Assembly (NCBI GenBank): GCA_029942545.1
Contig: GCA_029942545.1_4114.3
Strand: one strand, 5' to 3'
DNA from: a phage
DNA length: 32,788 bases
The translations under genes were made by a program, and so were the position numbers. Positions 8,142 to 17,567 of the stretch are shown piece after piece (the first letter of the stretch is position 1; every line of letters begins with the position of its first letter). The notes beneath the pieces are model-generated. The model was not told the origin of the DNA. It searched no databases and worked only from the letters and a program-made list of their open reading frames with translations.

Positions 8142-9317
8142 TTATTCAGGTAGTACCAATTTCTTCATTGTAACTTGTTGTGTACCTGGACTCTGTTCCT
8201 GAAACATAGACCCGTTACCACACCAGTACACCTCATTAGTCCCCACTAACGCGTATAACACACCAGAACCACCTTGTACTGAAAATGCATTAACATCTGG
8301 TGCAACATCCATATCCTCATATTGTACCTGGTGGTAATAAGATCTTTCTGATGCAGTAGTAACAGGCCAACCAAGAGGAACACCACTACCACATGTATAA
8401 AGTTTACCATTCTGTGTCATTGCCATTATAAAATAATTCAAACTGTGATTGTTCATCGACCCAGCATCTGGTATAATACCACTAATTTCGGGAGTAGCAC
8501 TAAATGGACTCATTGTAACCTTCGTGTCTCCATACCCAATTCCTAAACAATAATCAGTGTTTATCCCAGCAGTATATACTCTAATATTACCCTTATTCGA
8601 TGTAAGTACTGAAGTCGTCAAATTAGTACATGAAATACCAATAACTGTTCCAGATATATCAGTACTTACTGTAAATGTGGATAGTTTAGATGCACTTGTA
8701 CCTAGGTTATAACTTGCGTTATTACCACATCTGTAATATTGACCATTTTTAACATAATGTAAAGCACCACCAAAGTGTGTACCAGCAATCATAGTAACAC
8801 CAGTATCAATCTTAATCGGTGTCGCTTTTGCACCAGAAACACCCAGTTCACCTCCAGTATTACTACCTATCCCGTATAAATCACCATTGCTTAACATAAT
8901 TAATAAAGTACCATTTGAAGCGACAGTCTCAGTAGAAGCTATATCTTGAACTGTAGTAAGGCTTGGTATTGTAGACAATATTGATGTAATATTTGTCCAT
9001 CCTGGAACAGGCGATTTGACCACACCAAGGTATCCCATTTGTCCTGCTAAGTAAAATTCTCCTTCAGTCGTAAGTATAATGGTCCCTGCGGATAAACACC
9101 AAACATTAGCAACTTTATATGGACACTGTATCCATCCATTTTGTAAATACGCAGTACTATCATTTCCTAGCCTATATTGTGCACCATTACCACGTAGATA
9201 TAAATTACCACTATCGAACAACATACCCACATGTGTTGTAGATGTAGCAATCTTCAGTACACCCGAAGGTGCTGGTTTAACATTCCCGTACTTAACCATT
9301 CTTGCAAAAGGTAACAT
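8142..9317 (-). CDS. RCC1-like beta-propeller repeat protein with MLPFARMVKYGN leader
   Basis: ORF track; RCC1-type Gly-rich blades; own upstream cassette. Confidence 0.85.
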   Translation of the reverse strand: MLPFARMVKYGNVKPAPSGVLKIATSTTHVGMLFDSGNLYLRGNGAQYRLGNDSTAYLQNGWIQCPYKVANVWCLSAGTIILTTEGEFYLAGQMGYLGVVKSPVPGWTNITSILSTIPSLTTVQDIASTETVASNGTLLIMLSNGDLYGIGSNTGGELGVSGAKATPIKIDTGVTMIAGTHFGGALHYVKNGQYYRCGNNASYNLGTSASKLSTFTVSTDISGTVIGISCTNLTTSVLTSNKGNIRVYTAGINTDYCLGIGYGDTKVTMSPFSATPEISGIIPDAGSMNNHSLNYFIMAMTQNGKLYTCGSGVPLGWPVTTASERSYYHQVQYEDMDVAPDVNAFSVQGGSGVLYALVGTNEVYWCGNGSMFQEQSPGTQQVTMKKLVLPE

Positions 9318-9383
9318 AAATTCCTCCTTTATTCATTATACTATATTTAATACAAAAAGAAATGCCAGTACTTGAGTACTGGC
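9318..9383 (-). promoter_or_regulatory. terminator-promoter-RBS cassette
   Basis: GCCAGTACT-caag-AGTACTGGC hairpin plus T-run, TATAAT, AAGGAGG, ATG; near-identical to the other cassettes. Confidence 0.65.
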
Positions 9384-9389
9384 TTTATG

Positions 9390-10541
9390 TCAATAAACAT
9401 CCCAAGGTAATGGTGTCTTTCTAAACCCATACCTAGTTGCGTTCTGCCCATCTCCGGCAATGTATCTACCGGTCCCACACTGATATAATTCAGTACTGCT
9501 ACATATCGCACCACCAATAGTACCACTACACCACTGTGTTATATTAGAATATAATATTGGTAAATCACTACATTTGGTATATAATGCAACAGTGGCAGCC
9601 CCGCTCGGACCACCAAACACACTTCGGTTCGAACCCGTGTAATATATGCCATCTGGACTCATAAATGCAGATGTATAAGTTGTACTGCAATCCACTGGAC
9701 TTCTTATATTATTAAGATCGCTTGGGTATGCTCTAGCACCATATGTGTATACATTACCAGCAGTAGTAATACCATTACCTAACTGACCATCATTTTGTCC
9801 ACCACATGTAACCAACGATGCAGTACCGGAAACAATTGCAGTAGCATTATACGAAGTACCTATAGCAATAGAAGCACCCGCCCTTTGGGATGGGGTAGGA
9901 ACTGCGGCTGCGTTCCCCTGACCTAATTCACCATTGACATTTCTTCCCCATCCATATACCGAGGTGGTATCTAATTGACATAGTATTGTACCATAACTAA
10001 ACGTATATCGTATATCTTTCACAGCCGATGGTAAACCACTAACTTTAGTTGCAACACTAATAACTCCAGAAACACCAGTAACTCCAGCGTTTGCGTTCAT
10101 ATTACGTCCATATGCGTATAAAGAACCATCAGCAGTTTTAATATGCATCATGCCATCTGTGCAATATAATGCATCGATGCTATCCACTACAACCGCTCCC
10201 ATACTAGACGTTATATCGTTCCACCCAAGCGTTGTAGTACTAGAAATTAAGTTATTTCCGGCGTAAAGTATTCTATTATCATTTGTAACAACTACAGTAT
10301 AATTGGTAGTAACGCCAATTAATCTAACATTCTCATGTATCTTAGACCACATTCCTATTGAATTTGTGTTAGCGTCCAGAAATCCCAACTGACCAGCGGT
10401 ATTATATCCAATACCCCACACATCACCTTCACTGTCCAATAACACTTCATGTGAAAAGCCAATCTTAAAATCTTTTATTGTAGGAACTACCGGAACTGGT
10501 GCAATATTCCCGTACTTAACCATTCTTCCAAAAGGTAACAT
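9390..10541 (-). CDS. RCC1-like beta-propeller repeat protein with MLPFGRMVKYGNIAP leader
   Basis: ORF track 9390..10607; start moved to the MLPF ATG (10541), which has AAGGAGGG SD; the longer ORF begins at an in-frame ATG inside the TATAATGAATAAGGAGG promoter/RBS; motifs WGWGRNVNGELGQGN, CGGQNDGQLGNG. Confidence 0.85.
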   Translation of the reverse strand: MLPFGRMVKYGNIAPVPVVPTIKDFKIGFSHEVLLDSEGDVWGIGYNTAGQLGFLDANTNSIGMWSKIHENVRLIGVTTNYTVVVTNDNRILYAGNNLISSTTTLGWNDITSSMGAVVVDSIDALYCTDGMMHIKTADGSLYAYGRNMNANAGVTGVSGVISVATKVSGLPSAVKDIRYTFSYGTILCQLDTTSVYGWGRNVNGELGQGNAAAVPTPSQRAGASIAIGTSYNATAIVSGTASLVTCGGQNDGQLGNGITTAGNVYTYGARAYPSDLNNIRSPVDCSTTYTSAFMSPDGIYYTGSNRSVFGGPSGAATVALYTKCSDLPILYSNITQWCSGTIGGAICSSTELYQCGTGRYIAGDGQNATRYGFRKTPLPWDVY

Positions 10542-10605
10542 AATTCCCTCCTTATTCATTATACTATATTTAATACAAATAAGAAAGCCAGTATCAAGTA
10601 CTGGC
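10542..10605 (-). promoter_or_regulatory. terminator-promoter-RBS cassette
   Basis: Same cassette; hairpin begins a few nt after the stop of 10613..11776. Confidence 0.65.
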
Positions 10606-10612
10606 ATTCTTT

Positions 10613-11776
10613 TTAAAATGGTGAATCTATTACAAATACTAAGCTATTAATACCACCATATGTGACATCAGCCCCAGTACTATATACAAAATTACCATCA
10701 GTTATATAAGTACGGTTATACCCACCTGACATTTGTGATTTACTATAATCAAAACCATCAGGTACGATTGCTTTGGTATATACTAATGCGTTAGTAGATG
10801 TACCAACACCTAACATACCAGCTTGTGTTGATTGGTTGTAGCCACAACAATATATACCATCTGTTGTAGCAATAACTTGGTTATAATATGAAGTATTATG
10901 GGCCATACTGAGTACATCACCTGGTGGCATTAGGGAAGCAGTTTGAACAGCAAATGCTCTTATATCAGTACTATTCACTCCATCTGCCTGTGCACCAAAT
11001 CTTTTCGCCCCACCATTGGCAATTATGGTTTTTCCATTTGGATCAGTACCAATAGCCATCGCCATTGAATTGTTATTATTTACATAGTACTCGATATTAA
11101 TTACACTCCTTAGACTCGTAGGAGCACTAGTGTATACTGTATATAGAGAAGTACCACTAGTGCTAATTGCATTGACACGGCCTGTATAGTATAACCAACC
11201 GTTAGCAGTAACATAACCATGCATTAGATTACTTGCAAACAATTTAAATGGTAATTGGTCTTCTTCAGTAGAGACTGTGCTCTGGACGAATTTAGTATTA
11301 ACGTTGTTAGTTGTTGTCCCATTACCTAACTGACCTTCTGCCCCTGCCCCAGTACTCCATATTGTTCGATCTGAAAGTAATACACTTGTAGTCTGATTAC
11401 TAACTGCCATATCTAATATTGGTAATGTTAATGTATTGAATGTTGGCATAGCAGAAGTCCACACTGATACGGCTGCCCCTGTCATACCAACAGTAGTTGA
11501 CGAACCACTGTACCATATTTCATTGTTGAATTTCTTAATAACCAAAGAAGTGGTACTTAACCAAAAATCTTCAACACCAGAAGTACTTAACGTCCATGTA
11601 GTAACGGTTTCTTTGTGACCTAAACCCAAAAGACCATTTGAATTCTGACCACGTACATATAAATCCCCACTGCTTGTTAAAACTGCAACGTTGTAGTTAT
11701 TGGCGAGTATTTTTTTAAATTTCGGTGGTGCTGGTGCTATATTCCCGTACTTAACCATTCTTGCAAAAGGTAACAT
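10613..11776 (-). CDS. RCC1-like beta-propeller repeat protein with MLPFARMVKYGNIAP leader
   Basis: ORF track; motif GAGAEGQLGNGTT. Confidence 0.85.
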   Translation of the reverse strand: MLPFARMVKYGNIAPAPPKFKKILANNYNVAVLTSSGDLYVRGQNSNGLLGLGHKETVTTWTLSTSGVEDFWLSTTSLVIKKFNNEIWYSGSSTTVGMTGAAVSVWTSAMPTFNTLTLPILDMAVSNQTTSVLLSDRTIWSTGAGAEGQLGNGTTTNNVNTKFVQSTVSTEEDQLPFKLFASNLMHGYVTANGWLYYTGRVNAISTSGTSLYTVYTSAPTSLRSVINIEYYVNNNNSMAMAIGTDPNGKTIIANGGAKRFGAQADGVNSTDIRAFAVQTASLMPPGDVLSMAHNTSYYNQVIATTDGIYCCGYNQSTQAGMLGVGTSTNALVYTKAIVPDGFDYSKSQMSGGYNRTYITDGNFVYSTGADVTYGGINSLVFVIDSPF

Positions 11777-11841
11777 AATTCCCTCCTTTATTCATTATAC
11801 TATATTTAATACAAAAAGAAATGCCAGTATCAAGTACTGGC
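11777..11841 (-). promoter_or_regulatory. terminator-promoter-RBS cassette
   Basis: Same cassette (hairpin GCCAGTACTTGATACTGGC, TATAATGAATAAAGGAGGG). Confidence 0.65.
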
Positions 11842-11847
11842 TTTAAT

Positions 11848-12996
11848 TCATTGTATAAATGACATATCAACTTCGGTATATCTTGTAGTGTACTGCCCAG
11901 AACTTCCACCCATTACTAGATTGGAAAAACCAGTATAAAATAACTTACCTTCATCTGTGAGAATCAAACTACCGATGTTATTCAGTACTAAACTGTAAGA
12001 ACTATTAAAATTTTCATAAGACTTGGTATAATAGAACTGATTTGTAAGATTACCAACACCCAATTGCCCACCAGTGTTAACCCCAGTTGCAAATATTGTA
12101 GTCCCAAATCTGAGAATATGTGAAGCCATATTACCAACACAACAGTATATATTCTGTACATCCGAATTCAATAAAGTTGGTGTTGTGTATTGCTTAAGTG
12201 TTGTGCCTGTGCCGAATTCATTACCATATGATAGTCCATATTGTGTACCACAAGCGTACAATTTATTATCATCTTTAATAAAAAATGTACTCTGATAACT
12301 TACATCGACATCTATAACATTAGTCTGTATTCTAACAACTCCAGTACTAGCAGTTTGATTGCCTGTCCCTAACTGATAGTAAGTGTTAATACCACAACCC
12401 CATAATGTATTATCTTCTTTTAGGTATATGTTACCAACAGCTTTTTTTACCGATGATATGGCTTCAATCTTAACAAAGGCGTTAAATGAATTTGTATTTG
12501 TGCCATTACCAAAAGATGATCTGGTTGATGTGCTGTTTGTTCCGCAGCAATATAAAGTACCATCAGTTGTTATCAAATTCACTTTAAGATCACTGTAACT
12601 ACTCATGTATTTTATATCAGAAACATTAATACCACTGGATGTTATCCATGAAGTACAATCTGTCCACGTGTTATAATATGCACCTGAACCAGAAAACGCA
12701 CTCGGACTTCCAGTTATAAACACTTTTCCAGTACCGTCTTCTTCATATAATTGACAACCACTACTGTTATTTTCCAAAAGGACTCTTTTAACATTAGTCG
12801 CACTAAGAATAAATTTACTCGACGAAACACCAGTTCCAGTACCCTGACTGACTGCCGCTGATGCATACAAATTTTTCGTGTATGTATCATGAAAATACAT
12901 AGCACTACCGCCGGAATATATTTTAAAACGTGTACTAGGATCAGGCGGGTTAGGTGCAATATTCCCGTACTTAATCATTCTAACAAAAGGTAACAT
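11848..12996 (-). CDS. RCC1-like beta-propeller repeat protein with MLPFVRMIKYGNIAP leader
   Basis: ORF track 11848..13014, start moved to MLPF ATG; motifs CGINTYYQLGTGNQT, GVNTGGQLGVGN; close paralog of 15137..16285. Confidence 0.85.
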   Translation of the reverse strand: MLPFVRMIKYGNIAPNPPDPSTRFKIYSGGSAMYFHDTYTKNLYASAAVSQGTGTGVSSSKFILSATNVKRVLLENNSSGCQLYEEDGTGKVFITGSPSAFSGSGAYYNTWTDCTSWITSSGINVSDIKYMSSYSDLKVNLITTDGTLYCCGTNSTSTRSSFGNGTNTNSFNAFVKIEAISSVKKAVGNIYLKEDNTLWGCGINTYYQLGTGNQTASTGVVRIQTNVIDVDVSYQSTFFIKDDNKLYACGTQYGLSYGNEFGTGTTLKQYTTPTLLNSDVQNIYCCVGNMASHILRFGTTIFATGVNTGGQLGVGNLTNQFYYTKSYENFNSSYSLVLNNIGSLILTDEGKLFYTGFSNLVMGGSSGQYTTRYTEVDMSFIQ

Positions 12997-13060
12997 ATTT
13001 CCCTCCTTATTCATTATACTATATTTAATACAAATAAGAATGCTAGTATCAAGTACTGGC
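12997..13060 (-). promoter_or_regulatory. terminator-promoter-RBS cassette
   Basis: Same cassette; hairpin variant GCCAGTACTTGATACTAGC. Confidence 0.6.
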
Positions 13061-13067
13061 CTATATT

Positions 13068-13805
13068 TTAGACTGAATTGTTAGGATAATATCTCCCACG
13101 TCCCCATATTATTCGCACAGCACCACCACCAGCAGCCGTATAAGAAAAATTATCCCATATACTACCACCACCACCATACATCTTACCAGCACCACCACTA
13201 CCAGCACCACCATTATATGAACCATCGTATCTACCGCCAATACCATTAGCACCTTGAACAATGATACCAGTACCACCACCCGTACCAATGAACGAGGTAT
13301 TATAGAATGCACCACCACCACCGCCGCCGCCAGCACCATTTTCACCAGTGATTGCATCTCCGTTACCACCTTTACCAGTGTAGCCACCAGCACCACCACC
13401 AATGACTGCACCACCACTTACACCAGCGTTGCCCCCATTACCACCACCATCATTAATAGCGTTAGCAGCTTTCCCACCTAGTCCACCAACCCTATATTCA
13501 CCAGTGAAGCTAACACATAGTTTTTCAGTTCCACGATATAAACCGTTTTCAACTGCTGTAGTAGTGTTGGGATGTGTAAGAGAAACACTTAAGTACTCAC
13601 CACTAGTAACCGGAATATTATTACGCCACGATAAGCCGCCGCCAGCACCACGTTGACCACCCGGCGAAATAACACATACTGATATTTCGGTAACGCCAGC
13701 AGGAACTGTAAATTGTGTTGTTCCTATTGTCGTGATTAATTGTTCACCATGTGGCTTATATTCAATTTCATTCCCGTACTTAATCATTCTTCCAAAAGGT
13801 AACAT
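13068..13805 (-). CDS. glycine-rich protein carrying the same MLPFGRMIKYGN leader
   Basis: ORF track; same N-terminal tag and upstream cassette as the RCC1 genes, but the body is FTVPAGVTEISVCVISPGG followed by long GGxGG low-complexity tracts; not RCC1. Confidence 0.8.
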   Translation of the reverse strand: MLPFGRMIKYGNEIEYKPHGEQLITTIGTTQFTVPAGVTEISVCVISPGGQRGAGGGLSWRNNIPVTSGEYLSVSLTHPNTTTAVENGLYRGTEKLCVSFTGEYRVGGLGGKAANAINDGGGNGGNAGVSGGAVIGGGAGGYTGKGGNGDAITGENGAGGGGGGGAFYNTSFIGTGGGTGIIVQGANGIGGRYDGSYNGGAGSGGAGKMYGGGGSIWDNFSYTAAGGGAVRIIWGRGRYYPNNSV

Positions 13806-13870
13806 AATTCCCTCCTTTATTCATTATAATATATTTAATACAAAAAGAAAAGCCAGTACTCAGTACTGGC
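13806..13870 (-). promoter_or_regulatory. terminator-promoter-RBS cassette
   Basis: Same cassette; perfect palindrome GCCAGTACT-g-AGTACTGGC. Confidence 0.65.
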
Positions 13871-13877
13871 TATTATA

Positions 13878-15065
13878 TTATAATTGTCGGGGTGTATCTA
13901 GTACATATCTAGTTGTACTAGGACCACCATCATCATAAGTTCCGGTTGAATATATATTTTTCATATCAGTTAGAAATGTACGATATGAACCTCTATATAT
14001 TTTTATTTTATCATACATAGAATATGTTATTTGTGTAGGCATTGGACATGCAGTAAACTTACCAACAGTTGCACTAGTACCAATACCCAATGAACCAGCA
14101 TAACTACTGGCATTTAAACCAGTTGCATATACACCAGTACTCGTAATTAGTATACTAGATTGTGGTGGGTATCCAGTATGAATTGAATACAAAGTACCGG
14201 GTGGTAACGTAGTACTGTTATTTCCTAAAACTCCATTAACAGAGCTAGATGTAGTGTTATTTCCCCATGCCCCATTATTAGCTAACCCACCGACAAGGAA
14301 CTGACGTGCTCCTGTATTTGGATTTTCAACTAAAGCACTTACTGCACCAGTTGAGCATCCTGTGTATTGTAACGTTTTTGTGTATGTTGTATTTGGTTGA
14401 TATAAAGTATATTCATTATATGAAGTCCATGTAGTCGCGGAACTTATACCGGATGTAACACCACCAATATATAAATTATTTTGTTTATCAAACAACAATA
14501 CACAGTTATTTGTTGACTGTATTTGTGCAATATCAACATTAGGTGTGACCGCTTTTACAAATGAACCATCGGTTATTTCATAAGTAGTTCCTGTACCATC
14601 TGCGAATTGTCTAGCACTGTTCCACCCTGTACTCCATATTGTATTATTATCCATTAACACAGTAAACCACGTAGTACCTCCATACATCTGTTTAATTGAA
14701 GTACTTGAACTTTGTGTGTACAAATTTTGAATATATTGGTTATAACTTAAAAACGTAGTAGTACTAGTTGATAAACCAATATGACTACCATATCCACAGT
14801 AATAATAATTTGAGTCATTGTCTTTTACTAATAAAGTTCCTTGTGTAAGCCAGCAATCGTTAACGTTTTCTCTAATTAATGTCCATGATTTTAATGCAGT
14901 GTTGTTTCCTCTACCGAATTTCCCAAAACTATTATTCCCACGTGCATATAGTTGACCATCCGTATACAGAACCACAACATCTAAATCAGTTGGGATTATT
15001 TTCTTAATTTGAAGTGGTACTGGGGCAATATTCCCATAATTCATCATTCTTGCAAAAGGTAACAT
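13878..15065 (-). CDS. RCC1-like beta-propeller repeat protein with MLPFARMMNYGNIAP leader
   Basis: ORF track; Gly/Ser/Thr/Asn-rich blades. Confidence 0.8.
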   Translation of the reverse strand: MLPFARMMNYGNIAPVPLQIKKIIPTDLDVVVLYTDGQLYARGNNSFGKFGRGNNTALKSWTLIRENVNDCWLTQGTLLVKDNDSNYYYCGYGSHIGLSTSTTTFLSYNQYIQNLYTQSSSTSIKQMYGGTTWFTVLMDNNTIWSTGWNSARQFADGTGTTYEITDGSFVKAVTPNVDIAQIQSTNNCVLLFDKQNNLYIGGVTSGISSATTWTSYNEYTLYQPNTTYTKTLQYTGCSTGAVSALVENPNTGARQFLVGGLANNGAWGNNTTSSSVNGVLGNNSTTLPPGTLYSIHTGYPPQSSILITSTGVYATGLNASSYAGSLGIGTSATVGKFTACPMPTQITYSMYDKIKIYRGSYRTFLTDMKNIYSTGTYDDGGPSTTRYVLDTPRQL

Positions 15066-15130
15066 AAATTCCTCCTTTATTCATTATACTATATTTAATA
15101 CAAATAAGAAAGCCAGTACAGAGTACTGGC
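15066..15130 (-). promoter_or_regulatory. terminator-promoter-RBS cassette
   Basis: Same cassette; hairpin GCCAGTACTCTGTACTGGC. Confidence 0.65.
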
Positions 15131-15136
15131 ATTAAA

Positions 15137-16285
15137 TCATTGTATAAATGACATATCAACTTCTGTATAACTAAGAATGTTTTGTCCAGCAATTCCCCCC
15201 ATTACTACCATAGCATACCCACAATAATATAATTGCTCAGTGTCCGTAAGTATAAGTGAACCAGATGGAGTGCGTACCAAATTACACGAACTATTAAACG
15301 AAGTATACGAAGGAGTATATGAGTACTGATTAATATTATTACCAACACCTAATTGACCAAATCCATTCGACCCAGATGCGTATAGAACTTCATCACCTTT
15401 AGCTATATGTGATGCCATGTTACTAACACACGTATATAGAGTATAAACTCCTGAACTCAATAATGTCGGAGTTTTGTATTGTATATCGGTAGATGAAGAA
15501 GTACCACCTGTGCCAAATTCGTTCCCGTATTGTGCACCGAACTGTTTACCACAAGCGTACAAATTATTATCCGATTTAATAAAAAATGTACTCTGATAAC
15601 TTACATCAAAATCTATAACATCTGAAGCAATCATCGTCACCCCAGTAATAGAAGTTTGATTACCTGTACCTAACTGATAGTAATAGTTAAAACCACAACC
15701 CCATAAAGTATTATCTTCTTTTAGGTATATGTTACCAACTGCCTTTTTAACCGAAGTTATAGTATCTACCCTTTTGAATGTGTTAAAAGAATTAATGTTT
15801 GTACCATCACCAAATGATGATAGGTTCGAGTTATTGTTAACTCCACAACAATACAACGTACCATCGTTTGTTATCAAATTCACCTTCATATCATTAAAAC
15901 TACTCATGTATTTTATATCAGAAACATTAATACCACCTGATGTTATCCACGTAGTACAGTCCGTCCACAAAGTTTTTGTATCAGTTACACCAGTGAATGC
16001 CTTCGTGTTACCAGTGATAAAAACTTTTCCAGTACCTTTCTCTTCATACATTTGACAACTACTACTGTTATCTTCCAATAGAACTCGTTTAACATTCTCT
16101 GCACAAAGAATAAATTTACTCGATGCTACACCTGTACCAGTACCCCAATTCGTCGCAGAAGATGCATACAACTTATTAGTATAAGTATCATGGAGATACA
16201 TAGAATCACTTGAATATATTTTAAAACGCCTATCCTTACCAGGGGCAATATTCCCATAATTCATCATTCTTGCAAAAGGTAACAT
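15137..16285 (-). CDS. RCC1-like beta-propeller repeat protein with MLPFARMMNYGNIAP leader
   Basis: ORF track; motif SGSNGFGQLGVGNN; long stretches near-identical to 11848..12996. Confidence 0.85.
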   Translation of the reverse strand: MLPFARMMNYGNIAPGKDRRFKIYSSDSMYLHDTYTNKLYASSATNWGTGTGVASSKFILCAENVKRVLLEDNSSSCQMYEEKGTGKVFITGNTKAFTGVTDTKTLWTDCTTWITSGGINVSDIKYMSSFNDMKVNLITNDGTLYCCGVNNNSNLSSFGDGTNINSFNTFKRVDTITSVKKAVGNIYLKEDNTLWGCGFNYYYQLGTGNQTSITGVTMIASDVIDFDVSYQSTFFIKSDNNLYACGKQFGAQYGNEFGTGGTSSSTDIQYKTPTLLSSGVYTLYTCVSNMASHIAKGDEVLYASGSNGFGQLGVGNNINQYSYTPSYTSFNSSCNLVRTPSGSLILTDTEQLYYCGYAMVVMGGIAGQNILSYTEVDMSFIQ

Positions 16286-16350
16286 ATTTCCCTCCTTTAT
16301 TCATTATACTATATTTAATACAAATAAGAAAGCCAGTACAGTGTACTGGC
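16286..16350 (-). promoter_or_regulatory. terminator-promoter-RBS cassette
   Basis: Same cassette; hairpin GCCAGTACACTGTACTGGC. Confidence 0.65.
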
Positions 16351-16356
16351 ATTATA

Positions 16357-17496
16357 TTATTTCCACGGTAGAAGTGAATCAGGAACCCTTGTTGGTACAG
16401 TAGTTGAAGACATTCCAGTAAGATTGGGTACACCACATGTGTATAAATTATTATATTCGTCAACTAACATCGTATAAGAATAGCTCTTACAAAAACTACT
16501 AAGATTACTACCTTCTAATGCAGTAAGATCCATTTCAGCGAATGATGTTATATACATATCAGTTGTACCAATACCACATTGACCATTTGAATTAAGGCCA
16601 CATGAAAATAACTTATTATTATTATTAATTATACAGGATGGTCCGGTAAGGTTTGTCCCAAGCTCACCCACCAACTCCACTTCTCCTTGGAATGATAAAT
16701 TTGGAATTAATGTACTCATTGGGGCTACTGACCTATTTCCTGTACCTGCTTGTCCATAGTCGTTAATAGATGCAACTTTAACATTACCATCATTAAGAAA
16801 TATATAAGAAGTTTCATTTGTATTGACTGCTTTAATTGCATTACTAATCGAAGTATCTTGTGTAAATGTGAGCAAGTTTTGTGTCGTCGTTCCTGATACA
16901 AACGTTCTACCTGCATACCAATATGAACCATCATTTAGTACTAATCCAGTACTATATATTGCACAACCAGCACTGATAACATTTTCTATTGTACTATAGG
17001 TGAATCGTGAAACGCTTGAAGTTGATCCATTCCCAAAAACACCACCAGTACCAGCACCACAGTAGAACCACTTTCCATTTTTTAAAAATACACGCATACA
17101 CGAAGATATCACAACACTATCAATATCATCTGCACTGACACCGAAATCAGTAAAGTTCTGTGTTATATCAACCCAAACGCCGTTAGTGTTTGAAGATAGT
17201 ATTGGAATAACAGTACGTCTACCAGTGTACCAAATAGTACCATCTTTCTTTATAGCAATTGTTCCTTGTACCCCACCCCAATATCGTGTAACATTTGAGT
17301 TGACAAGAGTCCATTCAGTTGAAGAGTCCAATGAACCATTACCACTTTGTCCATATGCTGAAGAACCAAACCAATATAGATTGCCATTTGTGTGTAAATA
17401 AAATTTGGCATCAGCAGAACATTGTAACCTGTTTTTAGGTAGAATCAGTTCAGGTGCGATATTCCCGTACTTAACCATTCTTGCAAAAGGTAACAT
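16357..17496 (-). CDS. RCC1-like beta-propeller repeat protein with MLPFARMVKYGNIAP leader
   Basis: ORF track; motifs SSAYGQSGNGS, GLNSNGQCGIGTT. Confidence 0.85.
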   Translation of the reverse strand: MLPFARMVKYGNIAPELILPKNRLQCSADAKFYLHTNGNLYWFGSSAYGQSGNGSLDSSTEWTLVNSNVTRYWGGVQGTIAIKKDGTIWYTGRRTVIPILSSNTNGVWVDITQNFTDFGVSADDIDSVVISSCMRVFLKNGKWFYCGAGTGGVFGNGSTSSVSRFTYSTIENVISAGCAIYSTGLVLNDGSYWYAGRTFVSGTTTQNLLTFTQDTSISNAIKAVNTNETSYIFLNDGNVKVASINDYGQAGTGNRSVAPMSTLIPNLSFQGEVELVGELGTNLTGPSCIINNNNKLFSCGLNSNGQCGIGTTDMYITSFAEMDLTALEGSNLSSFCKSYSYTMLVDEYNNLYTCGVPNLTGMSSTTVPTRVPDSLLPWK

Positions 17497-17561
17497 ATTT
17501 CCCTCCTTTATTCATTATACTATATTTAATACAAATAAGAAAGCCAGTACTCTGTACTGGC
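17497..17561 (-). promoter_or_regulatory. terminator-promoter-RBS cassette
   Basis: Same cassette; hairpin GCCAGTACAGAGTACTGGC. Confidence 0.65.
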
Positions 17562-17567
17562 ATTATG

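Noticed and set aside
13109-13656. ORFs 13109..13417 (-), 13254..13481 (+), 13402..13656 (+) inside the Gly-rich gene
   Set aside because: Alternative-frame readings of GGT/GGC-rich repeats give long stop-free Val/Thr/Pro-rich frames; no start signals
13068-13805. Collagen-like call for the Gly-rich protein
   Set aside because: Glycines are not in a regular G-X-Y triplet register and prolines are rare
8034-17561. Calling the array promoters T4-type late promoters
   Set aside because: The element is TATAATGAATA, not the TATAAATA late consensus; the promoter class is left open
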